Shown: positions 1-10,843, numbered from the stretch's first letter. The stretch: DNA of 64,000 nucleotides from Candidatus Kaiserbacteria bacterium (GCA_031430855.1 JANPCG010000004.1:10845-74844), one strand, 5' to 3'. Notes: generated from the letters alone by a model not told the origin. Numbers and translations are program-made.

Positions 1-603
1 GGGAAGGGGGCCAAGGTAAAGGGGAAACAAATTGACGTCTCATACTACAACCCGCGTGACTTTACTGCGGACAAACATAAAAAAGTTGACGAGCGACCCT
101 ATGGTGGTGGGCCGGGTATGGTCATGACCGCCCTACCAATTCTTAAAGCCTGGCAGAAGGCAGTAGGAGGCAAGACCTCCTCCTTGAAGGCGGGTAAGAT
201 AAAAACACTGATTATGTCACCTCGCGGGACCGTGTTCACAAATACAATAGCGAAACAATGGGCGGGAACGTATGACCACCTCGTTTTGATTTCTGGTCGC
301 TACGAAGGCATTGATGCTCGAGTGAAAGAGGTGCTCGGCGCAGAAGAAGTTTCAGTAGGTGACTATGTGCTCACAGGTGGGGAATTGCCGGCCCTTACTA
401 TTATTGATAGTGTGGCCCGCCAAATCCCTGGTGTGTTAGGAACCTTTGATTCGCTTGAAGACGACCGTGCAACGGAAGGCGTTACCTACACCCGTCCAGA
501 AGTCCTTGTATACAAAAAACAGAAATACCCAGTGCCTGAAGTACTTTTAAATGGTAATCATGCTGAGATAGAGCGTTGGCGGAAAGATTCAAAAAATACC
601 TAG
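1..603 (+). CDS. trmD: tRNA (guanine37-N1)-methyltransferase TrmD, 5' end truncated by the window edge
   Basis: Frame 1 translated from position 1 gives ...IDVSYYNPRDFTADKHKKVDERPYGGGPGMVM..., the TrmD SPOUT core. The C-terminal ...VPEVLLNGNHAEIERWRK matches the conserved TrmD tail. The ORF track only starts at an internal Met at 118. Confidence 0.88.
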   Translation, partial: GKGAKVKGKQIDVSYYNPRDFTADKHKKVDERPYGGGPGMVMTALPILKAWQKAVGGKTSSLKAGKIKTLIMSPRGTVFTNTIAKQWAGTYDHLVLISGRYEGIDARVKEVLGAEEVSVGDYVLTGGELPALTIIDSVARQIPGVLGTFDSLEDDRATEGVTYTRPEVLVYKKQKYPVPEVLLNGNHAEIERWRKDSKNT

Positions 604-665
604 GTTGTGCCTATGAATAGATAGTTTGCATCGCTCGTGCCTGTGCAAATGTTTAAAAATGAAGA

Positions 666-695
666 CCCCCCGAATCGCTTCGGGGGATTTATTGT
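666..695. terminator. Bidirectional intrinsic terminator between convergent trmD and the 689..1051 ORF
   Basis: cccccgaa-tcgc-ttcggggg hairpin followed by attt/T-rich sequence on the + strand. It lies between the stops of two convergent genes. Confidence 0.6.
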
Positions 696-1051
696 TTCGC
701 GATGATATTGGCGAAATCTTGTGGGACGACCATCTGTGTACTGATTCCGGACAGGTCAACTTCGAGGAGGTTCTGCACAACCGAGTCTTTAGACAGCTGA
801 TCCATTTCACTGAGATAACGGATCGGAAGCAAGATTTCTTGGACTCTCCCATTGTGCAGATCAATGAGCAGTCGCCGAAACGCCTGTACCGCCGGCGGGT
901 ACGTTGAGACGGAAAATCTGGGTGCTTCAGTGAGGCTTTTGATGGACAGTGCACAGACCACCCAGTCGTCATCCAAGTTCTTTGTTACCAGATGATGTTG
1001 CCCAATAGTCGGATTGCCGACTATGATTTTGTCGATTACTCGAACTTTCAT
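689..1051 (-). CDS. hypothetical protein (120 aa)
   Basis: ORF with a GAGGAG ribosome-binding site 6 nt upstream of the ATG. It is divergent from the rpoB promoter and ends at the shared terminator hairpin. I recognise no family. Confidence 0.5.
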   Translation of the reverse strand: MKVRVIDKIIVGNPTIGQHHLVTKNLDDDWVVCALSIKSLTEAPRFSVSTYPPAVQAFRRLLIDLHNGRVQEILLPIRYLSEMDQLSKDSVVQNLLEVDLSGISTQMVVPQDFANIIAKQ

Positions 1052-1144
1052 AACTTCTCCTCAAAGAGGGGTGACTTCTGCTGTTTATTAAATCATTAAT
1101 TTTGTATAAGTCAACTAGACAAAAACACTGCCAAGAGGTCGCGG

Positions 1145-1173
1145 TTGCGCGATTTGAGGAGGTCTGCTATAAT
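1145..1173 (+). promoter_or_regulatory. sigma70-type promoter for rpoB (TTGCGC-17-TATAAT) with a leader of about 215 nt
   Basis: ttgcgc at 1145-1150, a 17-nt spacer, tataat at 1168-1173. The downstream leader contains the 8-bp hairpin cctgcaca/tgtgcagg at 1289-1312. Confidence 0.45.
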
Positions 1174-1394
1174 CCCCGCACAAACGCAAGGTCTCGACTG
1201 TGTTATGGCTAGAGGGAGATATATCGCGGGGTAAATCACAAGGGGAGTGATGTCGATATTAATAGGGTAAAAAAGTAAGATGTAAATAACCTGCACAAGG
1301 CTGTGTGCAGGTAAACTGCGTCTTACTAATTTGCACACCAGTAATCAATATTTATATGCAATTTAAAGCGGATAATTACGCCTCAACGGGAGCA

Positions 1395-4300
1395 ATGCCA
1401 AAGAAGATATTTTCTATCTCACCGGCGCCAATGATTGAAGTGCCCGATTTGATTGAACCACAACGTGAATCATTCAAGTGGTTTGTGGAGACAGCGCTCA
1501 AGGAGATTTTCACTGAATTTTCACCGATTACTGACTACTCAGAGAAAAAATTTGAATTGAAGTTTAAGAAATATGAACTGGGAGAACCGAAGTGTACCCC
1601 CGAATACGCCAAGGAAAATAAATTAACCTACGACGCTCCACTCCGCGCGCAGGTGATTTTGAAGAACAAGACATTTGAAAGTGAGAAAGATCAGGAAATG
1701 TTCCTCGCTGACATGCCAGTTATGACCGAGAATGGTACCTTCATCATCAACGGTGTTGAACGTGTTATCGTACCTCAGCTCGCGCGCTCATACGGTATCT
1801 TCTTTACTGCAAATGAAGTAAAAGGCCGCACCCTCTTTGGTGCCAAAATCATCCCGGCTCGAGGTGCCTGGATTGAAATGGAATCTGATGCCGATGGCAT
1901 TATCTATGTAAAGATTGACCGCAAGAAGAAGTTCCCAATCTCATCACTTTTACGTGTGATGGGTGTTGAAAAAGAAAAGGACATGATTGACCTCATGAAA
2001 GGGGTTGAGCGTGGCGAAGAATACATGAAGGCGACGATTGCCAAAGATCCTGCGAAATCAGCTGATGAGTCATTTATCGAAATCTATAAGCGTCTCCGCG
2101 ATGGTGACCTCGCTACCCTTGATTCAGCTCGTGAATTTGTGCGTTCTATTTTTGCTCCAGAACGATACGACCTTTCTGAAATCGGACGACATCACTTTAA
2201 TGAACGCTATGGCCGGCCGACTGATAAGAAGGCGACTGACGAGCGAACGGTTTCAATTGAAGACGTTAAATTGATTCTCCAGAATATTGTCGTGATGAAC
2301 CACGATATTACTGCCTTGCCTGACGATATTGACCACCTTGGATTCCGCCGCGTGCGTTACTTTGGTGAAATGCTCCAGCAACGGGTTCGTGTTGGTATGA
2401 CTCGTATGAAGCGAAATATTCAGGATCGTATGTCGACGATTGAGGCAGAGACATCACTCCCAATGCAGATCTTGAATCCGCGTCCACTCCAGGCCGCGAT
2501 CAAGGAATTTTTCTCAACGAACCAACTCTCACAATTCAGTCAGCAACAGAACAACCTGGCTGAAATCGAGCACCTCCGTACGCTCTCTGCGCTTGGTCCC
2601 GGTGGGCTCACGCGTGAACGAGCTGGTTTTGAGGTTCGTGACGTACACACCAGTCACTACGGCCGTCTCTGTCCAATTCACACTCCAGAAGGTCCGAACA
2701 TCGGTCTGATTCTTCGTCTCGCGATGTACGCCAAGGTAAACCGCTTTGGTATTATCGAGACTCCATACGTCAAGGTTGAGAAAGGTGTCGTAACTGGTGA
2801 AGTTACCTACATGAATGCCCATGAGGAAGAGAAGTACACCATTGCTCATGCCGCAGTTGAAATTGATGCCAAAGGTAAAATCGTAAATGAGTTAGTTGAA
2901 GCCCGAAAGAAGGGTGATCCCCGAACCGTACCGCGAAAAGACGTAGAATACATGGATATTGCCACCAACCAAGCGTTCTCAATTGCGACGTCAATGATTC
3001 CGTTTTTGAATCACGACGACGCGAACCGTACCTTGATGGGTTCAAACATGCAGAAGCAGTCAACTCCGTGTCTCATAACTGAAGCGCCAATTGTGGCTAC
3101 TGGTGTTGAAGCGGTGGCGGCACGAGACACAGGTCGCGTAGTATACGCCCTTGAAGCTGGAGAAGTGGTTGAGTGTGATGCACAGCATATAGTCGTGAAG
3201 AACAAAGAAGGGAAGAAGAAGGAGTATCCACTTACGACGCTCAAGCGAACAAACGACTTCTCAGCCTTCTATCACCGCCCGGCGGTAACTATTGGCGTGA
3301 ATGTTAAACGCGGTGATCTGTTAGCTGATACCAGCTCAACTGATAAGGGTCAGCTCGCGGTAGGACAAAACGCTCTCGTTGCCTTTATGTCATGGAATGG
3401 CGCGAACTACGAAGACGCGATTGTTATTTCTGAACGGTTAGTTAAGGCCAGTAAGTTTTCGAGTATCCACCTTGATGAGCTCGAAGTATCTGTTCGTGAC
3501 ACGAAGTTAGGCCCCGAAGTAACTTCAGCTGATATTCCAAACGTGAGTGAAATGAAGCTTCGTAACCTCGATGAAAACGGAATCATTCGCATCGGTGCCG
3601 AAGTCCGTCCCGGTGATATCTTGGTTGGAAAAGTAACTCCAAAAGGTGAAACCCAACTCACTCCAGAAGAACGACTCCTCCGCTCTATCTTTGGAGAGAA
3701 GGCAAAGGATGTGAAAGATACTTCACTTCGTCTTGAAGCAGGGAAGCGTGGACGGGTTATTGGTGTGAAGATTTTCTCTCGAGAGAATGGTGACCAACTC
3801 GAAAGTGGCGTGATCAAGCGAATCCATGTAACGGTTGCACAGGTTCGTAATATCTCGGTTGGAGACAAGCTGGCTGGACGACACGGAAACAAGGGAGTTA
3901 TTTCTCGTATCTTGCCTGAAGAAGATATGCCGTACACAGAAGATGGCCGTCCAATCGACATTTTGCTTACACCGCTTGGAGTACCATCACGTATGAACCT
4001 TGGTCAGATTCTTGAACTCCACCTCGGAATGGCTGCCAATACTCTTGGCTACCAAGCAGTCGTACCACCATTTGCCGGAGCCACTGAAACCCACGTAAAG
4101 GCCGAACTTAAAGCTGCCGGACTGCCTGAAGATGGAAAAATCCAATTGCGTGATGGTCGAACGGGTGATCAATTTGCTCAGAAGACTGCGGTTGGATTCA
4201 TGTATATCTTAAAGCTTCACCATATGGTGGAAGACAAGATTCACATGCGATCAATTGGTCCATACTCACTTATTACACAGCAGCCACTTGGTGGTAAGGC

Positions 4301-4589
4301 GCAGGTGGGAGGTCAGCGCTTTGGAGAAATGGAAGTGTGGGCACTTCTTGGATATGGTGCTGCCTACACTCTGCGTGAGATGCTCACGATTAAGTCTGAC
4401 GATATTGTTGGACGATCAGCTGCCTTTGACTCGATTGTACGCGGTGAAAAAATCGGTCATCCGCACACCCCTGCAGCGTTTAACGTGTTAGTTAATCAAC
4501 TCCGAGGACTCGCGCTTGATGTGAAGTTAACCAAAGATGAGCCCCCACGCCGAAGTCGGGCAGAAGAGTCGTCTTATGAGCCTGCATAA
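1395..4589 (+). CDS. rpoB: DNA-directed RNA polymerase subunit beta
   Basis: 1065-aa product with RpoB hallmarks (…NLDENGIIRIGAEVRPGDILVGKVTPKGE…, GDKLAGRHGNKGVISRILPEEDMPY, FGEMEVWALLGYGAAYTLREMLTIKSDD). The preferred start is the ATG at 1395 (MPKKIFSISPAPM…), preceded by gggag. The track's 1305 start adds a non-conserved N-terminal extension. Confidence 0.97.
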   Translation: MPKKIFSISPAPMIEVPDLIEPQRESFKWFVETALKEIFTEFSPITDYSEKKFELKFKKYELGEPKCTPEYAKENKLTYDAPLRAQVILKNKTFESEKDQEMFLADMPVMTENGTFIINGVERVIVPQLARSYGIFFTANEVKGRTLFGAKIIPARGAWIEMESDADGIIYVKIDRKKKFPISSLLRVMGVEKEKDMIDLMKGVERGEEYMKATIAKDPAKSADESFIEIYKRLRDGDLATLDSAREFVRSIFAPERYDLSEIGRHHFNERYGRPTDKKATDERTVSIEDVKLILQNIVVMNHDITALPDDIDHLGFRRVRYFGEMLQQRVRVGMTRMKRNIQDRMSTIEAETSLPMQILNPRPLQAAIKEFFSTNQLSQFSQQQNNLAEIEHLRTLSALGPGGLTRERAGFEVRDVHTSHYGRLCPIHTPEGPNIGLILRLAMYAKVNRFGIIETPYVKVEKGVVTGEVTYMNAHEEEKYTIAHAAVEIDAKGKIVNELVEARKKGDPRTVPRKDVEYMDIATNQAFSIATSMIPFLNHDDANRTLMGSNMQKQSTPCLITEAPIVATGVEAVAARDTGRVVYALEAGEVVECDAQHIVVKNKEGKKKEYPLTTLKRTNDFSAFYHRPAVTIGVNVKRGDLLADTSSTDKGQLAVGQNALVAFMSWNGANYEDAIVISERLVKASKFSSIHLDELEVSVRDTKLGPEVTSADIPNVSEMKLRNLDENGIIRIGAEVRPGDILVGKVTPKGETQLTPEERLLRSIFGEKAKDVKDTSLRLEAGKRGRVIGVKIFSRENGDQLESGVIKRIHVTVAQVRNISVGDKLAGRHGNKGVISRILPEEDMPYTEDGRPIDILLTPLGVPSRMNLGQILELHLGMAANTLGYQAVVPPFAGATETHVKAELKAAGLPEDGKIQLRDGRTGDQFAQKTAVGFMYILKLHHMVEDKIHMRSIGPYSLITQQPLGGKAQVGGQRFGEMEVWALLGYGAAYTLREMLTIKSDDIVGRSAAFDSIVRGEKIGHPHTPAAFNVLVNQLRGLALDVKLTKDEPPRRSRAEESSYEPA

Positions 4590-4604
4590 TCGTTACTAAT
4601 ATAT

Positions 4605-7600
4605 ATGTCAACATTTTCACCAAAGAAGCCGACTTTGACTCCCCATCAGTTTACTGAAATCGGACTCAAGCTCGCATCTCCAGAAACGATTCTTGAATGG
4701 TCATACGGCGAAGTCACAAAACCAGAAACAATTAACTACCGAACCCAGCGCCCTGAAAAGCACGGTCTCTTTGATGAGAGAATTTTTGGACCAGTTGAAG
4801 ATTATGAATGTTCTTGTAAGAAGTACCGCGGTATCAGGTACAAGGGTATTGTCTGTGAGAAGTGTGGTGTAGAAGTTACGCGCGCTATCGTACGACGTGA
4901 ACGGATGGGTCACATTGACCTTTGTGTGCCAGTTTCACACATTTGGTTCTTGCGTGGAGTACCGTCACGTATTGCCCTTATTCTCGGTATTACTGCTGCC
5001 TCAATCGAAAAAGTTATTTACTTTGCTGGCTATATTGTCACAAAAGTAAGTGAAGACGAGCGAGCGCGACTTTTAAAAGAACTTGAGACTGAGTACAAAA
5101 CAAAATTAAAGGATCTTCAAAACGAAGACGCGCGTGAGGCACTCCGTGTACGTGCTGAGGACATGAAGAAGGAAATAGAACGAATTATGCAGGGGATTGT
5201 ACTTGATGAAACGACCTTCCATAAGTACTCAATTAAATACAGTACCCTCTTTGAAGCGAAGATTGGCGCTGAATCAATCTACGAGCTCTTCAAGAGTATT
5301 GATATGAAGAAATTGCTTGCCCGTCTCGAGACAGAACGAGAGACCGCCGGAGCGATGGAGCGAGCAAAATTGGATAAACGACTTTCTCTCGTGCGCGGCA
5401 TGCTCCATGCGGGCGTGAAGCCAGAGTGGATGTTTCTGACGCGTATTCCGGTGATTCCACCAGCGATTCGTCCAATGGTTGCCCTTGAAGGTGGCCGTCA
5501 CGCTTCTTCAGACCTAAACGACCTGTACCGTCGAGTGATTAACCGAAACAATCGTTTGAAAAAACTGATTGATATTATGGCGCCTGACGTGATCCTTCGT
5601 AACGAAAAGCGTATTCTTCAAGAAGCAGTTGACGCGCTTGTCGACAACTCAATTCGACACGGAAATGCTGCCTACTCAGCTATGGGTCAGGCACAGAGAC
5701 GGCCTCTTAAGTCACTCTCAGATTACCTCAAAAGTAAGCAGGGCTACTTCCGTCAAAATCTCCTCGGAAAGCGGGTTGACTATTCTGGACGTTCAGTAAT
5801 CGTTATTGGTCCGGAATTAACTCTTGATCAATGTGGTTTGCCAAAGCATATGGCCCTCGAACTCTTCCGACCGTTTGTGATTGCAGAGCTCCTCAAACAA
5901 GAATTGGCGTACAACATTCGTGGTGCCGGACGTCTCATTGAAGACGGTGTACCAGAAGTGTGGGCGATTTTGGAAAATATTATTAAGCATAAGCACGTCC
6001 TTTTAAACCGGGCGCCGACACTTCACCGTCAGGGTATCCAGGCATTCCGCCCAGTCTTGATTGAAGGTAATGCGATTCAGGTTCACCCGCTCGTCTGTCG
6101 CGCGTTTAACGCTGACTTCGACGGAGACCAAATGGCCGTTCACGTACCTTTGGGAGAAGAAGCACAGCTTGAAGCGCGTGAGATGATTTCAGCGAATAAG
6201 AACATTTTGAAGCCAGGTTCGTCTGAACCGGTGGTATCGGAAAAGCTTCTTGATATGGCCCTTGGTGCGTACTGGATGACGAAGGTAATTCCTGAAGCGA
6301 AGGGAACCGGAAAATTCTTTTCTTCACCAAACGATGCTATCAATGCCTATGACTACGGAGTGATTGATTTCCGGGCGATGGTAAAGGTGCTTGCTACAGA
6401 TACTGAAAAGTACTCACAGTTTGAAGGTAAGGTATTTGAAACTACTGTCGGGCGCCTCCTCTTTAACAGTGTACTTCCGTCAGATCATAAATTCATTAAT
6501 GATGTGGTGGTACAGAAGATGATTTTTGAAATCATTATCGACATCATCGACGATCGTGGTCCAGAAGCCGTTCCGGCGATTATCGACAAGCTCAAGAAGC
6601 TTGGCTTCAAGTATGCGACACAGTCAGGAACAACTTGGGGAATTGATGAAGTTAAAGTACCAAAAGAAAAAGCAACTATCATTGAAGCATCGCGCGTTGA
6701 AGAGCGGCAAGTGTTCGCCTACTACGATGAAGGTCTTATCTCTCGTGACGAACGTCGTCGTATGATTGTGTCTATCTGGCACCGAGCGAAAACTGAAATT
6801 GAAAAGGTGCTTCCACAGACGCTTGATGAAAACGGATCGGCGTACGAAATGTGGAAGTCTGGGGCTCGAGGTTCTCTCGGTCAAATTGCTCAGATGGCCG
6901 GCATGAAAGGACTTATCGTTAACACCCGAGGTGAAACCCTTGAGTTCCCAATTCTTTCTTCGATGAAAGAAGGTATGACACCAATCGAGTACTTCAACAC
7001 CACACACGGTTCCCGTAAAGGTCTCGCCGACACTGCCTTGCAGACGGCAAAGGCTGGATACCTCACACGACGTCTCTTCGTAGTAGCGCAAGACGCGATT
7101 GTAACGGAAGAAGACTGTAAAACGAAAGAAGGAACCAAGATTGGACGCATCAGTGCTTCAGGTATTGAAATTGCCTTTAGTAAAGCGATTAAGGGACGCA
7201 TTCTCTCTCAAGATGCCGTTGACAGTAAAGGTAATGTTATCTTCCCGAAGGGGCATTTGCTCTCACGTCGTGACGCGGTTGCGGTTGAAGGTTCAACTGC
7301 CTCAATGGTTGAAGTGCGTTCACCAATGACCTGTAAGACGCTTCGTGGTGTTTGTCAGAAGTGTTACGGTATTGACCTTACAACCAACAAACTCATTGAT
7401 ATTGGAGAAGCAGTCGGAACAGTTGCTGCTCAAGCGATTGGAGAGCCGGGAACTCAGCTTACGATGAACACGAAGCACGCTGGAGGTACGGCGTCTGCTG
7501 CGGGAGACGTAACATCAGGTCTTCCACGGGTAGAAGAAGTGTTTGAAAAACGTCAACCAAAAGTACCGGCTATCGTCAGTAAGTGCGAAGGTTTAGTTGT

Positions 7601-8288
7601 TGATATTCGAACCGAAGGTCGTGAAAAAATCATTGTGGTTTCTCCAGACATGAATGCTAAAGGTGCACCAAAGAAGAAGGATAATATTGAATACCCAGTC
7701 CATTACCGCCGCATGGTAACGGTAAACAAAGGTGAGACAGTAATTTCGGGTCAAATGCTTACAGACGGCTCAGCCTTGCTTCCTGAACTCTTCAAGTTTG
7801 GTGGACAGGAAGTAGCTCAGGAATATATTATTTCTGAAGTAAACAAGATTTACGAGCTCCAAGGTGTGACGATTTCACGAAAGCACATTGAACTCATTGT
7901 GAAGCAGATGATGTCTCGCGTGAAAGTAAATAGTACAGGCGATAGTCACTTTACTAATGGTGACGTGGTTGAAGAGTGGATTTTTATTGAAGCAAATAAC
8001 AAGCTCAAGGCTGAAGGCAAGGAAGTTGCCAAGGCTGATCGTTTGATTTTGGGAATTACCGAAACGTCACTCTCACGAAAGAGTTTCCTCTCAGCCGCTT
8101 CTTTCCAGAACACAACACGTGTACTCATTAACGCTGCGGTGAAGGGAAGTGAAGACAACCTCGCTGGTCTCATGGAAAACGTGATTATTGGAAAATTAAT
8201 TCCAGCCGGATCAGGATTCAAGGGGAGTAAGAAGTATCAGATGATGCAGGAGCTTCAAGGAGGCGCCACTAGAATTGATAGAGACTAA
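4605..8288 (+). CDS. rpoC: DNA-directed RNA polymerase subunit beta'
   Basis: 1227 aa. It has the zinc-binding CxxC…CxxC N-terminus ([23 protein letters not shown]), the [12 protein letters not shown] catalytic motif, and trigger-loop/bridge-helix regions. It follows rpoB after a 15-nt gap. Confidence 0.97.
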   Translation: MSTFSPKKPTLTPHQFTEIGLKLASPETILEWSYGEVTKPETINYRTQRPEKHGLFDERIFGPVEDYECSCKKYRGIRYKGIVCEKCGVEVTRAIVRRERMGHIDLCVPVSHIWFLRGVPSRIALILGITAASIEKVIYFAGYIVTKVSEDERARLLKELETEYKTKLKDLQNEDAREALRVRAEDMKKEIERIMQGIVLDETTFHKYSIKYSTLFEAKIGAESIYELFKSIDMKKLLARLETERETAGAMERAKLDKRLSLVRGMLHAGVKPEWMFLTRIPVIPPAIRPMVALEGGRHASSDLNDLYRRVINRNNRLKKLIDIMAPDVILRNEKRILQEAVDALVDNSIRHGNAAYSAMGQAQRRPLKSLSDYLKSKQGYFRQNLLGKRVDYSGRSVIVIGPELTLDQCGLPKHMALELFRPFVIAELLKQELAYNIRGAGRLIEDGVPEVWAILENIIKHKHVLLNRAPTLHRQGIQAFRPVLIEGNAIQVHPLVCRAFNADFDGDQMAVHVPLGEEAQLEAREMISANKNILKPGSSEPVVSEKLLDMALGAYWMTKVIPEAKGTGKFFSSPNDAINAYDYGVIDFRAMVKVLATDTEKYSQFEGKVFETTVGRLLFNSVLPSDHKFINDVVVQKMIFEIIIDIIDDRGPEAVPAIIDKLKKLGFKYATQSGTTWGIDEVKVPKEKATIIEASRVEERQVFAYYDEGLISRDERRRMIVSIWHRAKTEIEKVLPQTLDENGSAYEMWKSGARGSLGQIAQMAGMKGLIVNTRGETLEFPILSSMKEGMTPIEYFNTTHGSRKGLADTALQTAKAGYLTRRLFVVAQDAIVTEEDCKTKEGTKIGRISASGIEIAFSKAIKGRILSQDAVDSKGNVIFPKGHLLSRRDAVAVEGSTASMVEVRSPMTCKTLRGVCQKCYGIDLTTNKLIDIGEAVGTVAAQAIGEPGTQLTMNTKHAGGTASAAGDVTSGLPRVEEVFEKRQPKVPAIVSKCEGLVVDIRTEGREKIIVVSPDMNAKGAPKKKDNIEYPVHYRRMVTVNKGETVISGQMLTDGSALLPELFKFGGQEVAQEYIISEVNKIYELQGVTISRKHIELIVKQMMSRVKVNSTGDSHFTNGDVVEEWIFIEANNKLKAEGKEVAKADRLILGITETSLSRKSFLSAASFQNTTRVLINAAVKGSEDNLAGLMENVIIGKLIPAGSGFKGSKKYQMMQELQGGATRIDRD

Positions 8289-8294
8289 CGGCCT

Positions 8295-8406
8295 CCAAAA
8301 CGCACGCATCTACGTTGTTGCACTGCGGCAGTGGACGCTCACCGTACATCAGGTACGGCTCGTGCCCACTACCTGGCGCGCCTAGTAGCTGCATACGTTT
8401 TGAAAC
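8295..8406 (+). repeat. Intergenic repeat element copy A (CCGTAC-hairpin family), directly 3' of rpoC
   Basis: ccaaaacgcacgcatctacgttgttgc…caccgtacatcaggtacggctc…ctggcgcgcctagtagctgcatacgttttgaaac. It aligns end to end with the copy after rpoD and shares its core with the other copies. Confidence 0.8.
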
Positions 8407-8440
8407 CCTCTGAAGTTAGAACGTTAGAGTAAAATCTAAA

Positions 8441-8490
8441 ACAACAAACCGCTGACACCTTTAGGTGTCAGCGGTTTGTTGTGTATTTGA
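8441..8490. terminator. Strong bidirectional intrinsic terminator
   Basis: aacaacaaaccgctgacacc-ttta-ggtgtcagcggtttgttgtg perfect long hairpin, followed by tattt. Confidence 0.7.
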
Positions 8491-8509
8491 GAAAAGAGTG
8501 AGAATTTCG

Positions 8510-8529
8510 CACTATCATATATGATAGTG
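8510..8529. promoter_or_regulatory. Perfect 20-bp palindrome CACTATCATATATGATAGTG, a putative operator or protein-binding site (copy 1 of 2)
   Basis: Self-complementary 20-mer lying between two terminators. A 26-nt stretch (gcactatcatatatgatagtgRaatt) is identical to 52447..52472, upstream of atpD. Confidence 0.5.
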
Positions 8530-8555
8530 GAAATTTAAATAGTAAAAACGAAAAA

Positions 8556-8598
8556 CCGCCGATAGACTGGCGGATTTCCAGTTATCGGCGGCACACTG
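8556..8598 (-). terminator. Intrinsic terminator of the small minus-strand gene
   Basis: ccgccgata…ttatcggcgg inverted repeat immediately 3' of the minus-strand stop at 8602. Confidence 0.5.
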
Positions 8599-8601
8599 CC
8601 C

Positions 8602-8799
8602 TCATTGAGTTTTCAGATAGATCTCCAGGGCGAACATGATGTTGTCTTGAATCGTCTGGGTTATGGCCAAAAGCGCCAATACGACACCAACTGTTGCAGC
8701 AAGAAAGCGAACCCATGGAGCTTCGTTCTTGATCAATCCGCTTGCAAACATGCCAGCACAGGCTCCACTCATCCAAACGTAAATAAAAACGTACTCCAT
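8602..8799 (-). CDS. small hydrophobic (membrane) protein, 65 aa
   Basis: A GGAGGGA ribosome-binding site lies 7 nt upstream of the ATG. The product (MEYVFIYVWMSGACAGMFASGLIK…VVLALLAITQ) contains two predicted TM helices. The ORF is bounded by terminators. Confidence 0.4.
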   Translation of the reverse strand: MEYVFIYVWMSGACAGMFASGLIKNEAPWVRFLAATVGVVLALLAITQTIQDNIMFALEIYLKTQ

Positions 8800-8892
8800 T
8801 TAGGACTCCCTCCATAGCTTTCAAAATAGTATCACATATATTGTAATAAGTCAATGGTGTGTAAGCGGTGATAAAATTTTTGCGGTATACTA

Positions 8893-10659
8893 GTGGGAAT
8901 TATGGCTTCGGGTGATGCGGTACAGCAGATAAAAGATCGACTCAATATTATTGATGTGATTTCGCCATATGCGGAGCTACATAAGTCTGGACGACACTTT
9001 GTCGCACGCTGCCCATTTCACTCTGAGAAATCACCATCTTTTCATGTGTCAGCTGAACGCGGAACGTATCATTGTTTTGGGTGTAGTGTGGGGGGTGATA
9101 TGTTTTCGTTTATCCAAATGATTGATGGGGTGGATTTCAAGGAGGCACTCAAGATACTCGCAGCTAAAGCTAATGTTGAGTTAGTGCCTGAGAGTCCGCA
9201 AAAGAAAACGGAACGGGATGAGTTGTTTGCAGTCCTCGAAGCTGCAACCCAATTCTTTGAGATTGGTTTAACTAACTCCGTCGATGCCGCTGCATATTTA
9301 GAGCGTCGTGGGGTAACTGCCGAGACGATTAAAAAGTGGCGGATTGGGTACGCGCCAGGGCCACCGGCGGCCGGGTGGCGCGAACTAAAAACCCATTTAG
9401 GGACGAAAAATTTTAAACCGACTACCATGCAACTGGCGGGGTTAATTAAGAGTAGTGAGGGTGGAAAAGAACCGTTCGATGTCTTCCGGGATCGAGTCAT
9501 GTTCCCGATGAGTGACCAGAATGGAAAAATCGTGGCTTTTTCTGGACGCATTTTAGCCAAAGATACCGAGGCGCCAAAATACGTAAATTCACCAGAGACG
9601 CCGTTGTATCATAAGTCAGAATTACTCTATGGGTACGATCGGGCGAAGCATGGCATACGGTCATTGGGTTTTTGGCTGATTGTAGAAGGGCAGTTTGATG
9701 TGGTTATGAGTCATCAGGCGGGCTACACGAATACGGTGGCGGTCTCGGGTACCGCGTTTACTGAACACCATGCTCAACTCCTCGAGCGACTGTCTAACAA
9801 AGTTGTGCTCGCCCTTGATGCAGATAAGGCAGGGATAGCTGCCATGAAGCGCGCAGCGGAACTATTACTGAAGCGGGGGATTGATGTAAAGGTCGCAGCG
9901 ATGCCAGACGGAGCTGATCCGGCGGATATGGTGCTGTCTGATGTGAAGTCATTTAAGACAGCGATTGGCCACTCGGTCCACGTCATTGAATTTTTGTTAG
10001 CTCATTTACGAAAAACAGTGACTGATGATAGAGCATTTAAACTACGAGCCCGAGAGGAAATCATTCCCTTTGTGACGTTAATTCCAAACCGCATTGACCA
10101 AGAACATTTTATAGGAAAAATTGCCGAGGCGCTTGGTACGACGAAAGACGCGGTACACTTTGAAGTCGGTAGAATTCAAGAGGAAAAAAAGAGCACTGCT
10201 CCGGCCGTTGTACCAAAAGCACCGGCGACTTCTGCTGTTGTTGCACCAGCTGCTCCGGTGTTACGGAAAGATAATACGTTTCAGTATCTCTTAGCCGCTG
10301 TCACGGTGACGGTACCTGAAGTGCAATCAATCCTGGAGCGGGAACTTACCGTAATAGTAGGGGATGAGGACATCAAAAAAGAACAAACTGCGGCCGCACC
10401 CGCGATTGCAAAACTGGCCTTCCAGATTGAAAGTTTTATTGAAAAAAATTCTTCCCGGCTACAAATAGAAGAGTGGGTATATAAACTCAATCAACTGCGT
10501 GAAATTTTAATCAAAGAAAAGATTACGGCCGCCCGTACCGAACTCAATCAGTTGGCGGAAACGGGTGGGGACGTGGCAGAGGTTCTCACTCGGGTACAAC
10601 AACTCCAAAAGGAGCTCCAAGTCCCTCCGTATACTCCTGAACTTTTTACACAAAAATAG
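8893..10659 (+). CDS. dnaG: DNA primase
   Basis: Zinc-ribbon CPFHSEKSPSFHV…YHCFGCSVGGD, the RNA-polymerase domain, and TOPRIM (EGQFDVV…LALDADKAG). The track start is a GTG at 8893; an ATG at 8902 (MASGD…) is an equally plausible start. A TATACT -10 box lies at about 8887. Confidence 0.9.
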   Translation: MGIMASGDAVQQIKDRLNIIDVISPYAELHKSGRHFVARCPFHSEKSPSFHVSAERGTYHCFGCSVGGDMFSFIQMIDGVDFKEALKILAAKANVELVPESPQKKTERDELFAVLEAATQFFEIGLTNSVDAAAYLERRGVTAETIKKWRIGYAPGPPAAGWRELKTHLGTKNFKPTTMQLAGLIKSSEGGKEPFDVFRDRVMFPMSDQNGKIVAFSGRILAKDTEAPKYVNSPETPLYHKSELLYGYDRAKHGIRSLGFWLIVEGQFDVVMSHQAGYTNTVAVSGTAFTEHHAQLLERLSNKVVLALDADKAGIAAMKRAAELLLKRGIDVKVAAMPDGADPADMVLSDVKSFKTAIGHSVHVIEFLLAHLRKTVTDDRAFKLRAREEIIPFVTLIPNRIDQEHFIGKIAEALGTTKDAVHFEVGRIQEEKKSTAPAVVPKAPATSAVVAPAAPVLRKDNTFQYLLAAVTVTVPEVQSILERELTVIVGDEDIKKEQTAAAPAIAKLAFQIESFIEKNSSRLQIEEWVYKLNQLREILIKEKITAARTELNQLAETGGDVAEVLTRVQQLQKELQVPPYTPELFTQK

Positions 10660-10694
10660 TTTCTGCTGAATAAGTAGTATGAGCTTGGTAAAAA

Positions 10695-10765
10695 TCATTT
10701 TAGGCAACGAACACAAGGAAATGACAGTGAGGCGTACTTATTGTACGTTGAACCTGGCATTTTTG
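10695..10765 (-). repeat. Partial copy (M) of the CCGTAC-hairpin repeat, reverse orientation, between dnaG and rpoD
   Basis: The reverse complement reads …caacgtacaataagtacgcctcactg…ttccttg. Its loop cgtacaataagtacg is identical to the loop of the copy at 19600-19715. Confidence 0.45.
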
Positions 10766-10843
10766 AAGTGTGAGGCAGCATAAAGTTATTTTTAACGAGT
10801 TCACTGGACATTTTGGCGATTTTCTGTATAGTAGTCGATACGT

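Noticed and set aside
1305-1394. The ORF track extends rpoB 30 codons upstream (MQVNCVLLICTPVINIYMQFKADNYASTGA)
   Set aside because: The extension is not RpoB-like. The ATG at 1395 is preceded by GGGAG and begins the conserved RpoB N-terminus.
3407-3961. 184-aa minus-strand ORF and several other antisense or alternative-frame ORFs inside rpoB/rpoC (for example 2529..2849, 6624..7091, 6890..7201)
   Set aside because: They lie entirely within high-confidence CDSs on the opposite strand, give low-complexity translations, and have no translation signals.
8558-8580. 17-nt exact match (ccgatagactggcggat) between the terminator region at 8560 and the inside of the exonuclease CDS at 20412
   Set aside because: I expect about 0.5 random 17-mer matches in a 64-kb window on both strands. 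One copy is in-frame coding sequence (IRQSIGRRL). This is most likely coincidence.
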